Shown in pieces: positions 48,714-62,922 of a DNA stretch of 64,000 bases (within the stretch, counting starts at the first letter, position 1; every line of letters begins with the position of its first letter). This DNA is from Octopus bimaculoides (lineage: Eukaryota): the NCBI RefSeq assembly GCF_001194135.2, contig NC_068986.1:110974135-111038134 (forward strand). Direction: 5' to 3'. The notes beneath the pieces are model-generated. The model made no database searches, was not told the DNA's origin, and saw only the letters and a program-made list of their open reading frames with translations. The translations under genes were made by a program, and so were the position numbers.

Positions 48714-49619
48714 ATAATAATAATAAGAAGAACAAGAAGAAACCAGCTACGCATGAAAGACTCCAGAACCTCCAACAAAACCTGTGATAAAGAGAAAATA
48801 GTACACTCTGAATAACAACATGGATATGCTACACCGGGCTCCCTATTCTAAAATAAATCTAATCTAATAACATAGGTGAAATGGGATACAAGAACCCGTG
48901 GAAGACTTGAAGGAAGCGGTCTTTTAACGAAAATAATCACAAGAACGAAATTTTACTGTTATACAAAGCACAGTTTTTCCTATGCACGATGTATCAGTGA
49001 AGCATGTGCGAAACACACACTCGAAATCAACACCAGAAAGTTTACAAATGATAAAATAGAAATGGAACAAAACAGTAAGTACATAAATTGAGTAATTACG
49101 CATACACTCGAATGTCTACACAAACATATATACATTTTAATGCCCATAGGACCACACATACATCTCAATGTTTACACAACTACGTGAAATTTACAGGACA
49201 CGCACTCATGCATATGAAAACACCGTAAATAACGAAGCAAAAACAAGAATTTTTTTTTTTTCGAACTAACACAGAGAAAGTGAACAATTCATAGGTTTAA
49301 AAACACAAAAAGATCTATGCCCGGAAATAAATCTATCAAAAAACAAATTACAGACGAATACAGATCTGTCAACATTAAGAAGCTACATTACGAGGAAGGT
49401 TTATATGCAGAGAACTCGGAGACGATGTTGTCTCAAAAAATTAAGCCCAAGCAGACAGTTCCGTCCCCTAATTTCAACGTCCAAGCTCGTCATGCCTCAG
49501 CGATAACAAAGCAAAATACAAACATATTTGGTCGTCACCGGAACACCAAGGACCGCATACTCGAATGATGAACCAGATTCAAGTCGACAAATCAGCTACT
49601 GGCTCAAATGTTCCCGAAA

Positions 49620-50610
49620 CACAGGAGCTGCAAGTACCACACAACAGGAATATTCCAAGAGATTGCCATCCGTGCTAGTCATCAAATAACCAAAAGAAAA
49701 AGAAAAATGGTCTTGGGGAGGTAATGAAGATTTTACGGCCTTCTACCATGCCATATACATCCCCACAAATAAATCTGTACAAACCTACTGGACACAGAAA
49801 CACTTTGAAGTAAGACCCTATATAGTCAGTAACAAACTTGTCAACATCAGAATAAACATTATGAAAAAGAAATTACTAACTGAATTCGAGAAGGACCAAG
49901 TAAAAGAATCAGTAAAGGATAAAAGGAACGAAGCTTCAACTAAAAAAGATACTACAGACGAAATAATTATAGACCAGCTCAGGGTTGATGAAAATGCAAT
50001 AATGATTGAAAGAGTTAAGGTAACTGATAAGCAAAGTGAGATACTCTCTGAACCAACCATAAACAGTAAGCCAGATGAAAATCGAATAGATGAAGGAAGT
50101 CTCACTGAAATCGACCCAACAGAACTAAATGATCTAAGAATTCAAATCACGACTGAATGGCCGAAAATTAAAGAAACCGGTATGAATGAACGCGATGGTC
50201 TCCTCAAAATTCGCAATTCTAACCAAAACCTGAAAATAATTGGTAAAATCTGCCTTGAACTTAAGGATATAATTTCACCTAATGGTGTTGATATCACAAA
50301 TCTCAACCACCTGTATTATGCATCCGCGAAAATCTCAACAATTCTGTGGTGAAAAGATTAGAAAACGACATTCCCACAAAAAGCCTTCTTGGCAAGAGCG
50401 TATTCAACACCAAATTAAGCTACATAGAATGTTTGAAAAACCTTAAGTTTGGCAAGACTACCAAGCCTACAAAAACCCGAAAATTAAAAAATGTAATATG
50501 AAAACCATACTTGACATTGATGCCACCATCAGCTATAGCTGCCAGCATAGCACGGTATGGAAAGCGTGTTAGATTCTTCAACGACACAGAATTATGCTTG
50601 TCAACAGTAT
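49620..50610 (+). mobile_element. N-terminal ORF remnant of a second R4/Dong-like LINE family
   Basis: KRKRKKWSWG..AFYHAIYIP..RPYIVSNKLVNIRINIMKKKLLTEFEKDQVKESVK (track ORF 49861-50352)..ITNLNHLYYASAK..KKPSWQERIQHQIK..IARYGKRVRFF. Confidence 0.7.
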
Positions 50611-51230
50611 AATATATGTGTGTGTGTGTGTGTGTGTCTCTTATGTATAGATATATAGATGGTTGCCGAAATTTTAAAGGTTTTTCTTTCATTACATCGT
50701 ATTTGTACTCAACTTGGCAAGCTTTTTTTGCAATATCACTGTATCATTGCTCAGAGTGGATGACTTCAGAGAATTATTAATCGGAATGGATGACGAGTAA
50801 ACGAACTGAAGAGGTGGAATTAGGCTGAACGCTTAGGCCTTACTCGTGACTCAATGATGGAAAGATGCTTGTCTTCTTGTAGCTCAATTTATTGAGTTTG
50901 TTATTTGCTAATTGTGTGTTATTATTGTTAACTCAGAATAAGCTCGAAACTTGTAAACTTACTTCGACATTAGCACTAGCGACATCCATCTCCGCTGTTC
51001 GTAAAGTAAAGTAAATATAAGACTATATTAAACAATACAGCATTCTTCTTTTCTGTTGCTATTTCTATCAGTCGGAATTACTGTAAACACGACACCTGCT
51101 ATGATGCTGTTGTTATTGCTGCATTTGTTAATGCTGTTGATGTTGGCCCCCATCCTAAAATCCTTGCAGAAATGTAAGACAGAAATAAATCCATGCATCT
51201 CTTTTATTTTTTGTGTCTCACAATATTGCA

Positions 51231-51333
<103 letters not shown>

Positions 51334-51939
51334 ACTGCTCAATCTTTCTGCACGTCACGTCACCACCCTGCTCTTTTTTCTTTTACAAATTGCATGTTCT
51401 AGAATTTTCATTGTTTTTCTCTTTCTCTGTGAATGTATACAGTTACCATTCTCTTAGTAAATTAATTTCAGTATCTATGATTTTATATCTTCATGTCTGC
51501 ATGGTTCACTCTCTGTCTGTCTCTCTCTCTCTCTGTACGTGCGAGTATATATATATATATATATATTAGTAATGCTGGTGCTTCCTGCACCATTCATCAC
51601 ATTTTAGTGAGGGTGAATAATTCATATTTCGGTTTTGAATTCTGTCGAGCCACATTAATTGTTTTATAATTTTCACATTGCCATTTTGTGGAATCAGCCA
51701 CCGGTTCCTATAGTAAAATCTTTTTATTTACTGATCGAGTAGAATTTAATATGACTACTCGTAGTGGAGTACGCATCACTGACAAGCATTAAATTTCATG
51801 CGAAATTGGTATGCCCATCTCTGTAGATAAAGAGTACTTTGACTCTTATTTCTAGCAGAGCTGGTGCACTCTGCTCCCTTCCTCTCATTTTAGTGACTGA
51901 GTTATTTCCAACACATTTATGGTTCTGAATTGCGTCACC

Positions 51940-51982
<43 letters not shown>

Positions 51983-54803
51983 TATATATANNNNNNNNNN
52001 NNNNNNNNNNNNNNNNNNNNNNNNNNNNNNNNNNNNNNNNNNNNNNNNNNNNNNNNNNNNNNNNNNNNNNNNNNNNNNNNNNNNNNNNNNNNNNNNNNNN
52101 NNNNNNNNNNNNNNNNNNNNNNNNNNNNNNNNNNNNNNNNNNNNNNNNNNNNNNNNNNNNNNNNNNNNNNNNNNNNNNNNNNNNNNNNNNNNNNNNNNNN
52201 NNNNNNNNNNNNNNNNNNNNNNNNNNNNNNNNNNNNNNNNNNNNNNNNNNNNNNNNNNNNNNNNNNNNNNNNNNNNNNNNNNNNNNNNNNNNNNNNNNNN
52301 NNNNNNNNNNNNNNNNNNNNNNNNNNNNNNNNNNNNNNNNNNNNNNNNNNNNNNNNNNNNNNNNNNNNNNNNNNNNNNNNNNNNNNNNNNNNNNNNNNNN
52401 NNNNNNNNNNNNNNNNNNNNNNNNNNNNNNNNNNNNNNNNNNNNNNNNNNNNNNNNNNNNNNNNNNNNNNNNNNNNNNNNNNNNNNNNNNNNNNNNNNNN
52501 NNNNNNNNNNNNNNNNNNNNNNNNNNNNNNNNNNNNNNNNNNNNNNNNNNNNNNNNNNNNNNNNNNNNNNNNNNNNNNNNNNNNNNNNNNNNNNNNNNNN
52601 NNNNNNNNNNNNNNNNNNNNNNNNNNNNNNNNNNNNNNNNNNNNNNNNNNNNNNNNNNNNNNNNNNNNNNNNNNNNNNNNNNNNNNNNNNNNNNNNNNNN
52701 NNNNNNNNNNNNNNNNNNNNNNNNNNNNNNNNNNNNNNNNNNNNNNNNNNNNNNNNNNNNNNNNNNNNNNNNNNNNNNNNNNNNNNNNNNNNNNNNNNNN
52801 NNNNNNNNNNNNNNNNNNNNNNNNNNNNNNNNNNNNNNNNNNNNNNNNNNNNNNNNNNNNNNNNNNNNNNNNNNNNNNNNNNNNNNNNNNNNNNNNNNNN
52901 NNNNNGGGAATGTGAAACTCCTGAGTAACTCTTCTGTAAATTTGCAGCTTAAATAAAATGTATGTATGCATGTGTATATATATATATATATATATATAAG
53001 TGTTAAAAACAAATAAATGGATATCGTGTGAGGTTACAAGAGGTTAAAAAAGTTGAGGAGAATAAGTAACCACACCATGAAACAGAAAAAGGTAAATTAT
53101 TCAGTTGTGGCAGGGAAATGTGCACCGATGAAGGGAAAAACAAATAGAGCCGAATGAAGTTTTCCGAGAACTCTTCAGCAAATGAAAGAAGTTAAAAAAT
53201 GAGGAAAAGAACAAAACGTATTTAAAGCACGTGTGTATTTGTGTGTGTGTGTGAATATTTCTTTTGGAACCTACCAATTCTATAGTTACCAATCACACCC
53301 ACATAAAAATTCCGATCATGCGGTCGCGCCGCTCTGCCATAGCCAGCCGACGAAAGTCTCCAAACGCTATGGGGTTTAATCCAATGCCATAGCACTCACC
53401 CATTTACTTTGCATTCTTTTATTTACCTTTTTATCAGTTGCATCTGGACCACAACTACACCGTACCTTTTACTTTAGATTCTTTAATGTTATTCTTCTCT
53501 TTACTTTTTGATCGACCACTTCCTGACTGCAACCTCCGCACTTCACGAAAATGTGTATGAACTGCCGGCAAAACTCCTTTAGCTTATAAAATTGGATGGA
53601 AAATGGGATGTAAATCTTATAACTTTTTAAGAATGTTAAGTCAGCTGAAGAGACTCCCTGCACTGCGCGTTGCATCTGGTGCTATTACCTTGTCTCACAT
53701 CCACAAAGAAGCAGTGTAGAAGGAACCAAAACAATTCCTAGTTATACTCTGTCTTCCGTATCAATAATTTAAAAACTATATGGATGTGTGTGTGTGTGTG
53801 TATATGTATATATGTGTGTGTGTGTGTGTGTGTGTTTGTGTGTGTGTTTGTGTGTGTGTGTGTGTGCTTGTGTGTGCTTATGTGTGTGATCGTGTGTGTG
53901 TGTGTGTGTGTGTGTAGGCGCAGGGGTGACGATACAATAAGTACTCGGCTTACAAAAAATGTTCCTTAAGGCGATGCTCCAGCATGGTCGCAGTCAAATG
54001 ACAAACGAATAAAAGAATATATAAATATATTAATATATTAATATATAAAACAGAGTTTGTATGTGCGGGCGGTGCGTATGTTCCTTATGAATTCGAAAAC
54101 TGAGTTGCTAATTTTGACGTATGAGGTTTCAAATGATTCATTTTTTTTTTTCGGCTACCAAATAAAGTATGGTGTTTGCACAACTTTAATTTACTACAAA
54201 AATAAGCTCGAAAACGCGATCGGGGCAGCTTCTAAAGGAGGCAACTCTGCCTGAAAAATATGTCTTCCCCAGAGCATTAATGAGATGTTTAAAATACATG
54301 GATTTTCAGCCTAGCCAATCCACTAAAGTTATTGTTGCTTAAGATGTCACGCAGTGATCCTGAACCCAGAACCATGTAGAAGCGAACTTCTTACCACAGA
54401 GCCAGTCTCGTTGGTGTGAATACTTACATAGAGAAACACACACACATACAAGTAAATAATATTAGAAAAGTATAAGGGAATTACTTCTACAAAGAATGGA
54501 AAGCCTCTTAATAAATCTCACACGACATACTGATACAGTAGCAGAATATAATTTATTTCTCCTCTGAACACCTTTAAACACCTCAAAAATGCTGATTCAA
54601 ATATATTTTATTGTGATATCTCCTTCAGCACGAGTGGAACGAGATTCATATAAACACTGTGCAAATTGCATAATTCAGCGTGAATATCATCCATACAAAA
54701 TCAATATATTTGATCAATCATACTGCTGATTTTCTACTTTCACTCTTTTTTTTCTTGCCATTATATGCATTTATCCCTTCAAACCCAACAATATTAACAT
54801 TGA

Positions 54804-55440
54804 TGAAAGGTGCAACCTGGCAGAAACGTTAGCTCACCGGGCTTAGCCGTATTTCGACTGTTTTTTACGTTCTGTGATCAAATTGCCCCGAAGTCGCCTT
54901 TGCTATTCATCCATTCGGGGTCGATAAATTAAGTACGAGCTCAGTACAGGGGTAAATCTAATCCACAACCCCCCCACCTCCAAAAAAAAAAAAAAAAAAA
55001 TCGGGCCATCTGTCTCGGGTAGAGAAGAACGTTTTAAAGGTGGCGAGCTGTCAGAAACGTTAGCAGGGTGTGCGAAACGCTTAGCCGTATTTCGCCTGTC
55101 TTTACGTTCAGATTTCAAATTCCGCCGAGGTTGACTTTGCCTTTCAACCTTTCGGGATCGATAAATTAAGTACTAGTTGCGTACTAGGGTCGATCTAATC
55201 GACTGGCACCCTCCTCAAAAAATCCGTGCCTTGAGCCTGGAGTTGAAAAGAATACTAGCATTGATAAAAGCCGGCGACAGCGGCATTTCATCCGTCTTCA
55301 AGTTCTGAGTTCAAATTCCGCTGAGGTCGACTTTGCCTTTCATCCATTCGGATGCAATAAAATAAGTACCAGTTGTGTACTGCGATCGATTTAATCGACT
55401 TCCTCCCCAAAACTTGTTGGACTTGCACCAAGTTTCGTGT
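54804..55440 (+). mobile_element. Three head-to-tail SINE family A copies (~54804-55030, ~55036-55254, ~55270-55440)
   Basis: Each carries a CGTTCTG/AGTTCAAATTCCGC-like B box, CTTTGCCTTTCA..TCGATAAATTAAGTAC and a GTCGAT..ATCGAC-like palindrome. Confidence 0.85.
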
Positions 55441-55841
55441 TGAGCGAGGGCGTCAAAAACAAAGAAATACAGACACACAAATATTTAAAGTCTGCTACTT
55501 ATTCTATCGGTTACTTTTGTTAAGATTCGGGAATACAAAAAGAGCAATCCCGGTTGAAAAATGTTACGGTGAAAGGCACAATGACAACCGCACACACACA
55601 CACACACACACGCGCGCACGCACACACACGCGCACACGCGCGCGCGCGAGCTTGTTTTACGTTCAGTCTTAATAAAAGATATTTTACATACCTCTAACCT
55701 CTGACGGGTTGATTTCTTCATCGGTGGAGTAGAAATTTATTCTTAAGCAGGACTATTGTGAACTGCGATTTCGAAATTAAACCTTCGTCGCACGATGGCA
55801 CAACTGGCCAGAGCTTCGAAGTCATTGTCAGTGATATAAAT

Positions 55842-55884
<43 letters not shown>

Positions 55885-57914
55885 CACACACACACACATT
55901 ATTTCTTTCCTTCCCTCAGCGTCTTAATACTTTACATGTGCCATGTTCTCACGTTTTCCTTACTTTTTTTCTGCGTCTGTATATCTAAATACATATATAT
56001 ATATATATACACATACATACATACATATGAAAGGCTCCCACATTTTTTTCCTACCAAATTCCTTCACACTGCATTGATGGAGCCGGGAATATAGTAAAAC
56101 CGAACTGTGGCTCTATGTGCGATGCAGCAAAACTAAACACGATGGCTAGCTACCGATCTTCTTTTCTACGCAGCCATGTCGGCGCCTATATCAAATAATA
56201 TCTTTTATATCATATTCCCGAGATTACAGCAATCAGTCAATAAAATACATTTCAGTTAAATCGAGTTTAAGTTCGAAACCAAATTGGGGCATAAGATTTC
56301 AGCAAAGTATTTTCAATCTGAAATCTTTTCGATGTTCTACAAAAGATTGCGGGACGTTAATGGGTCGGACTATGACTGGAAACAATGTTGTAGATGAATA
56401 ACGTCCTGTTATATACAGTTTGTGCTATACATAACAGGAGACTCGCTCATATTATATTCAGCACCAGCCATATACCGACGTTGTAATATATTTTATGTGG
56501 AAATATGGAAAAGTAATCCAGTCTAAATCAGATATGTTTAATGTTGTAGAAAATAGCATATCTGTGATTTGTGGACAATGGGAAAACATATATAAACATG
56601 GAATGCAAGACAACTCAGCGTAAAAGATTAAAAAATTAACAAAGAAGAAATAAGAAAGGAGAGGAAACGTAAAGAGAGTAAGAAATGTGTGTATTCGGTA
56701 GACAAAACAATGGCCCCGGTACTGATTAGAGAAATCTAAAACAAAGAAATAATAGAACTGATAGCAGAGATTTATTTCTTGAAATAATTACTTGGAAATC
56801 TTTATGATAAAACACCTAAGAGAGTTCTAGACAAAAAGAAAAAATATAAACAATGACTACAACAACAGAAACAGCAGCAGTAGGAGAGCATTTGTATAGA
56901 CAACAACAACAACAACAGCAGCAGCACCAATATTAAAAACAGAAAGAACGTCATTGAAGGTAATTGCAACGCGAGATAGGAAACATTCTCTAGGCATATG
57001 ACTGTAAAATCATCAAAGAGTTCAATAATATCAAGATTTGCAACCGCGTTTGTTTTTGCAACACAAAGAACACAATAATAACAACGATAACAGCATCATC
57101 ATCATAATCAACATTGGTAATAACAAAATGATTAAAAAAAACAACGGAAACAAAACAAAAATAAAGCAAAACAAACCAATAAGAAATAAAAAAAATAAAT
57201 TCCAAGCATCAAAATATCGCATTTAGAACTTATAGGGTGAAATGTGATTATAATTTTTGGATTTATCCGAAGAGTTTGGCAAACTAGCAAGTTGTGTATG
57301 TAAAGAGAATCTTGTTAAAAATACACAAGTTGAAGAATGGGTGTGATAGGAAAGTAAATGCCACTAAGTTGGCAACTTTCCTGCTAAAACACAGAGCAAA
57401 TAGCAACATGCACTTTTGGGATTCTAAATATACAACTTTTGAATAAAGAGAAGAAACGTTACACGGATTGAAAGTGTGCTAGGTGAGATAATGGAAACGG
57501 AGATGATGAACAAACTGCTTCTAGAGTTTGGTATGGAAACAAATATATACAACAAACATACAATGGTACGCAAACACACACATACCTATGCATATAGAGA
57601 TATATACATACATACATACATAGACGAACACAACTGTCTTCTATACATGCATATACATCTATCTATCTCTCCATTTATCTATATATACATTGCATAGACA
57701 GAAGAGAAAAAAAAACTGTTTCCTTGCTGCAAACACACTAATACATATTCAGAAGAATGTTTTATGTATGTGATTGTCATTGTTTATATATATATATATA
57801 TGTATACAGATGCAGGTATTTATCTATCAATCCATTTATCAATCTATGTATCTCTCTCTCTCTGTATATATATATATATACAAACACGCGCGTATATATA
57901 TGTATATAAATTTA

Positions 57915-57969
<55 letters not shown>

Positions 57970-58119
57970 NNNNNNNNNNATATATATACATATACAGTCC
58001 TATGAGTGTTGTGTTCACAGAAATCTGTGTTTTGTGTTTACATTCGTATAGATTACAGAATACATACAATGTGATATATATGTTTTTCTGTGCGTGTATG
58101 TACATACACACACACACAC

Positions 58120-58151
<32 letters not shown>

Positions 58152-59749
58152 CGAATTATATGCGTTCGGGCGAGATTGTTCTTTTGGAAACCTTAGAAAG
58201 CCGATGACGGATGAGAGAAGGAAAAGTGTTTCAGAAGGAACTGTTGACACTGGGGTTTGTGAGATGAAGGTGTGTATGTATGCGCCGCGTGCGTGTGTGC
58301 GCATAGTGAGAGTAAATTTCAAACAGAGTGTAAAAGCATTTGAGATTTATATGAGAGGAATATTTCTGTGAATAATAGATATATTGAGTAGAAATGAGTG
58401 TATTGTAGATTATTTAGTGAAGAAAAAAAAATCAAGTGAAAGAGAACGTAGCCGTCACACTTGTAGATTTAACACCTACAAGATATGATTCAGTTTTTGA
58501 GACATTTGGTTATTCGTCTAAGTATTATATTATTCTGTTATCGATTCTTCCTATACACATTAACTGTTGTTTAAGGGAAATTCTTTTTATTTTAGTCATT
58601 GGACAGCAGCCATAATAGACTGAAGTCGAACGAAGCGACACAAATAATGTTTAAGATAAAGAATACAGAAATCTTTTTGGATTTTTGATCTAAAAAATAT
58701 TTATTTTTATGTTAAATAAAAATGTTGTTACTACCAACGCCAAATACCGAGATATTCGAAGCATTTTCTTGTGAGACTGGGTATGGTAGTCGTGAGTTTA
58801 CTTTGATAGTGGTTTGCTGCTGCCGTTGACACACATTATTCTTGTGCAGTGACCTCACCCTAGTCTGATGCCGGTTCTCTAGTACTGGCTCTTGCCAGCT
58901 GTCTGTTCTAATCTTAGTAGTGACTAAAACATGGTGAATATACAGTGATGATTTGGCTCAGAAAAAGCGCGCGAAATATGAAATTGCTTTAGATTCAGTA
59001 CTACACAAAGTCTTGAATGGTCAGAATTTTTTTTGATGTGGGTAATATTTTAGCGAATCACGATCGTGTTCTTAAGTGTTCATTTTTTGTGATCGGATTC
59101 AGTGATCCGGGTTCCATTTCTTAGATCTGTAGTTGCGAAACAGTACTGCTACATGTTCTTTTTTAGAAGTTTGGTACTTAATCTATTAGTTTCTTTTGCC
59201 ACCAGTTACGTGGAGGCAATAAATATTATTTATCAAACAATGACCGACAAGTACACACATACACACACACACCCACTGGGGTATGTATACCATACGTTTA
59301 CATAGTTTTCGCCTACCAAGTTCCCTTACATGGCATTCATCAGCCCAGGGCTATATTATCCGTGCAGTGGGATAGAACCCAATACCACGTGGATGCAAAG
59401 CGAATTTCTCAATCAACGTTTTAATTGTTTTGTTAGTGATGTATAATTGTTGTGTTAATGACTATATATGTTATTACATCAAGCAAGGTATAAATCTAAA
59501 GGCGAGCGATTTCAATAGTCTTAATCTGCCAGCCTCATTTTTCGCATACAAGATGTCCTTTCTTGCATTTTATGAAACATTACACCATAACTAGAAAAAG
59601 ATTTGGCTGGTTTGTCTAGCAGGTGTATGGACCTTCAAGAAGTTCCTGCATGGTTTCGAGATCAAATCAACGTAATTAAGTTTATGGTGTCGTACACTGA
59701 CACAAATAAGGGAATAAAAATGCTTTATAACAAGTCTTTTATATTTTTT

Positions 59750-59945
59750 TGTTTGTTTCAATCACTGGACTGTAGCTGTGCTAGGACACCGTCGAAGAGG
59801 GATCAGCTGAACAAATCAGCCCCAGCTCATATTTATTTATTTTTGCAAAGCCTTGCACATATTTTATCGGTGTCCTTTCAAGACGCTCCAAGTTACAGGG
59901 ACATTAACAAACCAATACCAGTGGTCAAGCGATGGTAGGGACACA
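59750..59945 (-). mobile_element. SINE family B tail fragment
   Basis: TTTGTTTCAATCACTGGACTGTAGCTGTGCTAGGACACC..GAACAAATC..AAGTTACAGGGAC..GTCAAGCGATGGT, followed by (CA)n. Confidence 0.65.
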
Positions 59946-60959
59946 CACATGCAAACACACATAGATACATAGGTGTATGTATGTATGTATGTATATATTC
60001 TATACACCAAGAAATAATATTTGTCTCTAATAGAAACAAAAGGGTATACAAGACTGCAAAAGAAGGGCTCAAATACAAATGAGACGAAGATAAGGGAGCA
60101 TTGGTTATGGAACAAACATTAAATTCCGGTCAACGACTTTACATACAACCCCACCCCTCAAACATTGAATCATATATAAAAAAACACCGTGGTCTACAAA
60201 TTCATAAAAAATAATACATATACATAAAATCACAAAATGTATAAATATATAATCGAATAAAATGTAAATAGAACGACCAATCAAAAATATTAAATATAAA
60301 CGGCTAAAAATTCGAAAACTACCAAAAAACCTAAAAGACAAATATAAATTAAGTAAATGTAAAAATAAAATAAATATCCACCGACTAAAAAAGTTTTATC
60401 ACACGATTAAAATATTTTATAAATTTTTTTTTTTTTTTAAATATTTGAAAAAATCTTTTACTTACCTCATACGAGTACGTGTAAAGTTCCTAAATAAACA
60501 GACTTCCACAGGTCAAATTCACATTCATCTTGAAAAAAATCTTTTACTCCGTCCACACAAGTACATCCAAAAGTTCATAACGAGCAGGTCAAAATCAACA
60601 TTCACATATATCTATGGTCATTTCGGCTGCTCTCAACTGCAGTTTATTTACACTAACGTGCAACACGGCGATGACTCCCTCATCAAGATAAACAGGAAAT
60701 AGGAGACATGTACAGATGAAAATATTTTTAAGAAAGTTTTTAGACTTTTATGAAAAGCTTATATAATCTAAAAGAAAACACATAAATGGATCAGTCCAAA
60801 TTTTCTAATAAAAAAAAAAATGTCTATTGCTAAACACTTAGGTGGCTGTACAGAAATTCAACCTCGCCGGTTTCAAATCCCTGTAACGCTAAACAATTTT
60901 ATTACATCTACTTTTATTTCTATACACTTTCAAAAGTTCCTCGGCTCATAAAACTAGGA

Positions 60960-61752
60960 ATTCTCCGATTCTATTGTCAGTTACAGGAAACGTTTGCTAA
61001 GAGGTCACCGAACATGTAAGCAAAAATCTTGTAAGGCAGACCACCCAAACCAGGCGTTTTATCCTTGATACATCTAGCCATTGTTTGCCGTATTTCAAAG
61101 GTTGTAATCAGCCTTTCGAAGGGGTCCGCCTCCCTCGCCATGATCCGCGACAACACGTCGAGATAGGACGTGAAATCCCTCTTGTGACTCGGCTCATCGC
61201 TGCTCCCGAACAGTTGAGTGAAGTGCCGCTGAGAGGCTTCAAACATCTGTTCTGGATCAGTTATCAGTTTCCCTTCGCGATTCGGCAAGGATCGGATCCT
61301 GGATTTATTGACACGCCGTACATCTGCTACTTGGGCCCATTGAACGGCTTTAGTCCCTTCGTGTCTAAGAGCTCGAGCCTTAGCTGTGACAACGCAACGT
61401 TCGTGTTTCGCTTTAAAGAATTGGTCGGGTGCCGATCTCGTTGCGAGCACGTCGGTCGCGATGCCTTTTCTAAAGCCTCGTCTAACATCTTGACTAGCTC
61501 TGTCTTTGCTCTATTTTGTTTTACTGCTAGTTCTTTCGAAACCTTATCGATTTTATTCTAATCGCATGAACTGCTATTTGTTGTTGATTATTGCTCCCGT
61601 CAACGCTTTCTTAAATAGTTCCCTAATCCGGATTCTGAAATCTTTACGCGCCGGTAACGACGTATTCAGTTTGCAGTAACGGTGTCCTTGTCTATGAAAC
61701 CTATCTAAGTCGACTTTAGAGATCACGAATTTGTGGTCTGTATAGTCGACTA
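60960..61752 (-). mobile_element. L1/Tx1-clade LINE ORF2 fragment (end of APE endonuclease, linker, start of RT)
   Basis: VDYTDHKFV..GHRYCKLNTSL (SDH and YWKLN-like motifs); track ORF 60977-61450 ..EGKLITDPEQM..HFTQLF..ITTFEIRQTMARCIKDKTPGLGGLPYKIF (KSPG.DGLP.EFY-like). Confidence 0.8.
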
Positions 61753-61856
61753 CTTTAAAATCATCACTGCCTCATTTGGCCGCAGTAGAAAAGAACTAGC
61801 AACAGCTCCTCGCTTTTGAGGGGATTCAGAGACTGATGTTTGGCCTCTTCCTTGGT

Positions 61857-61908
<52 letters not shown>

Positions 61909-61949
61909 TAAAGATAATAGAAAGTGCCAGATAACTGATTTTACACATT

Positions 61950-62047
61950 ATTTACATTATTTACATTTAACAGATATTTGTCCTCATCTTGTTTTTGTCA
62001 ACACAATCGAACCTGGGTTCTCATTTCTAAGGTATTTTTCAGTGTTA

Positions 62048-62119
<72 letters not shown>

Positions 62120-62135
62120 CATTTCACTGCCTCTA
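61950..62135 (-). mobile_element. Penelope terminal-repeat fragment related to 18972-19115, lacking the hammerhead
   Basis: Minus strand: GGCAGTGAAATGAATAAT(TAA)n..GAGAACCCAGGTTCGA|TTGTGTTGACAAAAACAAGATGAGGACAAATATCTG. Confidence 0.75.
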
Positions 62136-62184
62136 GTTTTTGATAGAGTTTCTCTATATGTCTCCACTGAAGTCTAATGTCGGC

Positions 62185-62845
62185 TCCGTACCCATGAGAT
62201 CCAACTATGTGAAGTGCAGAATAGACAGCACTCTCGGCAGCGACAAATCAGAATTTGTGGTGAGAGGGAAAAAACGGTATGGCTCACTGTTAGCCCCGAA
62301 TTGGCAGATCGCGAATACAAAAGAGGGCATAACAATGTCGCAAGAACGAACCATTGGGTGCTCTGTGGAAATTACGACCTACAATGAGTAAAAACCCCAA
62401 CATGTGTCACGGAGAAAGAAAATTGCAAATTCATGTGGGATGCAATAATCTAGTGTAATCACCTCACCAAACATAGGAGACCGTACATTGTTGTGTTAAA
62501 TATAAAAGAAAAATATGAATGATAATCGAGATAGCTTTCCCCGGTGACAACAAGATGAATGGAAACGAAGACGAAAAAAATAAACAACTATGACGATTTG
62601 AAGTGGGAAATACGAGGGTTGTAGTCAATGAGGAGAGTAGACGATGTACCAATTGGTGCACTTAGAAGTATCAGCAAGCACTCAGCTAGCAACATGGCTG
62701 AAAAACACTGGTGCAAGTGTGAACTCCAATAATTCTTTGCAGGGTTCTTGAAGCATGACCAGTAAACGAGTGTCACCTTAGTCTGCTGGCTGCGGACAGC
62801 TGACACTTTCCATCAAACCCAGCAAAATAAGCTGTGAATGTCCTT
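62185..62845 (+). mobile_element. Dong-like LINE 3' end (CCHC, RLE, 3' UTR)
   Basis: RSNYVKCRIDST..RICGER..ELADREYKRGHNNVARTNHWVLCG..KENCKFMWD..KHRRPYIVVLNIKE..IIEIAFPGDNK..EDEKINNYDDLKWEI. It ends at (TAA)n. Confidence 0.8.
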
Positions 62846-62848
62846 CAC

Positions 62849-62850
<2 letters not shown>

Positions 62851-62906
<56 letters not shown>

Positions 62907-62922
62907 TAATAATAATAATAAT
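62851..62922. repeat. (TAA)n array between two Dong-like elements
   Basis: Directly visible. Confidence 0.95.

Noticed and set aside
60455-60720. Minus-strand exon ending at a strong GAG|GTAAGT donor (~60466)
   Set aside because: All three frames hit stops shortly upstream, and the site lies within a degenerate duplication.
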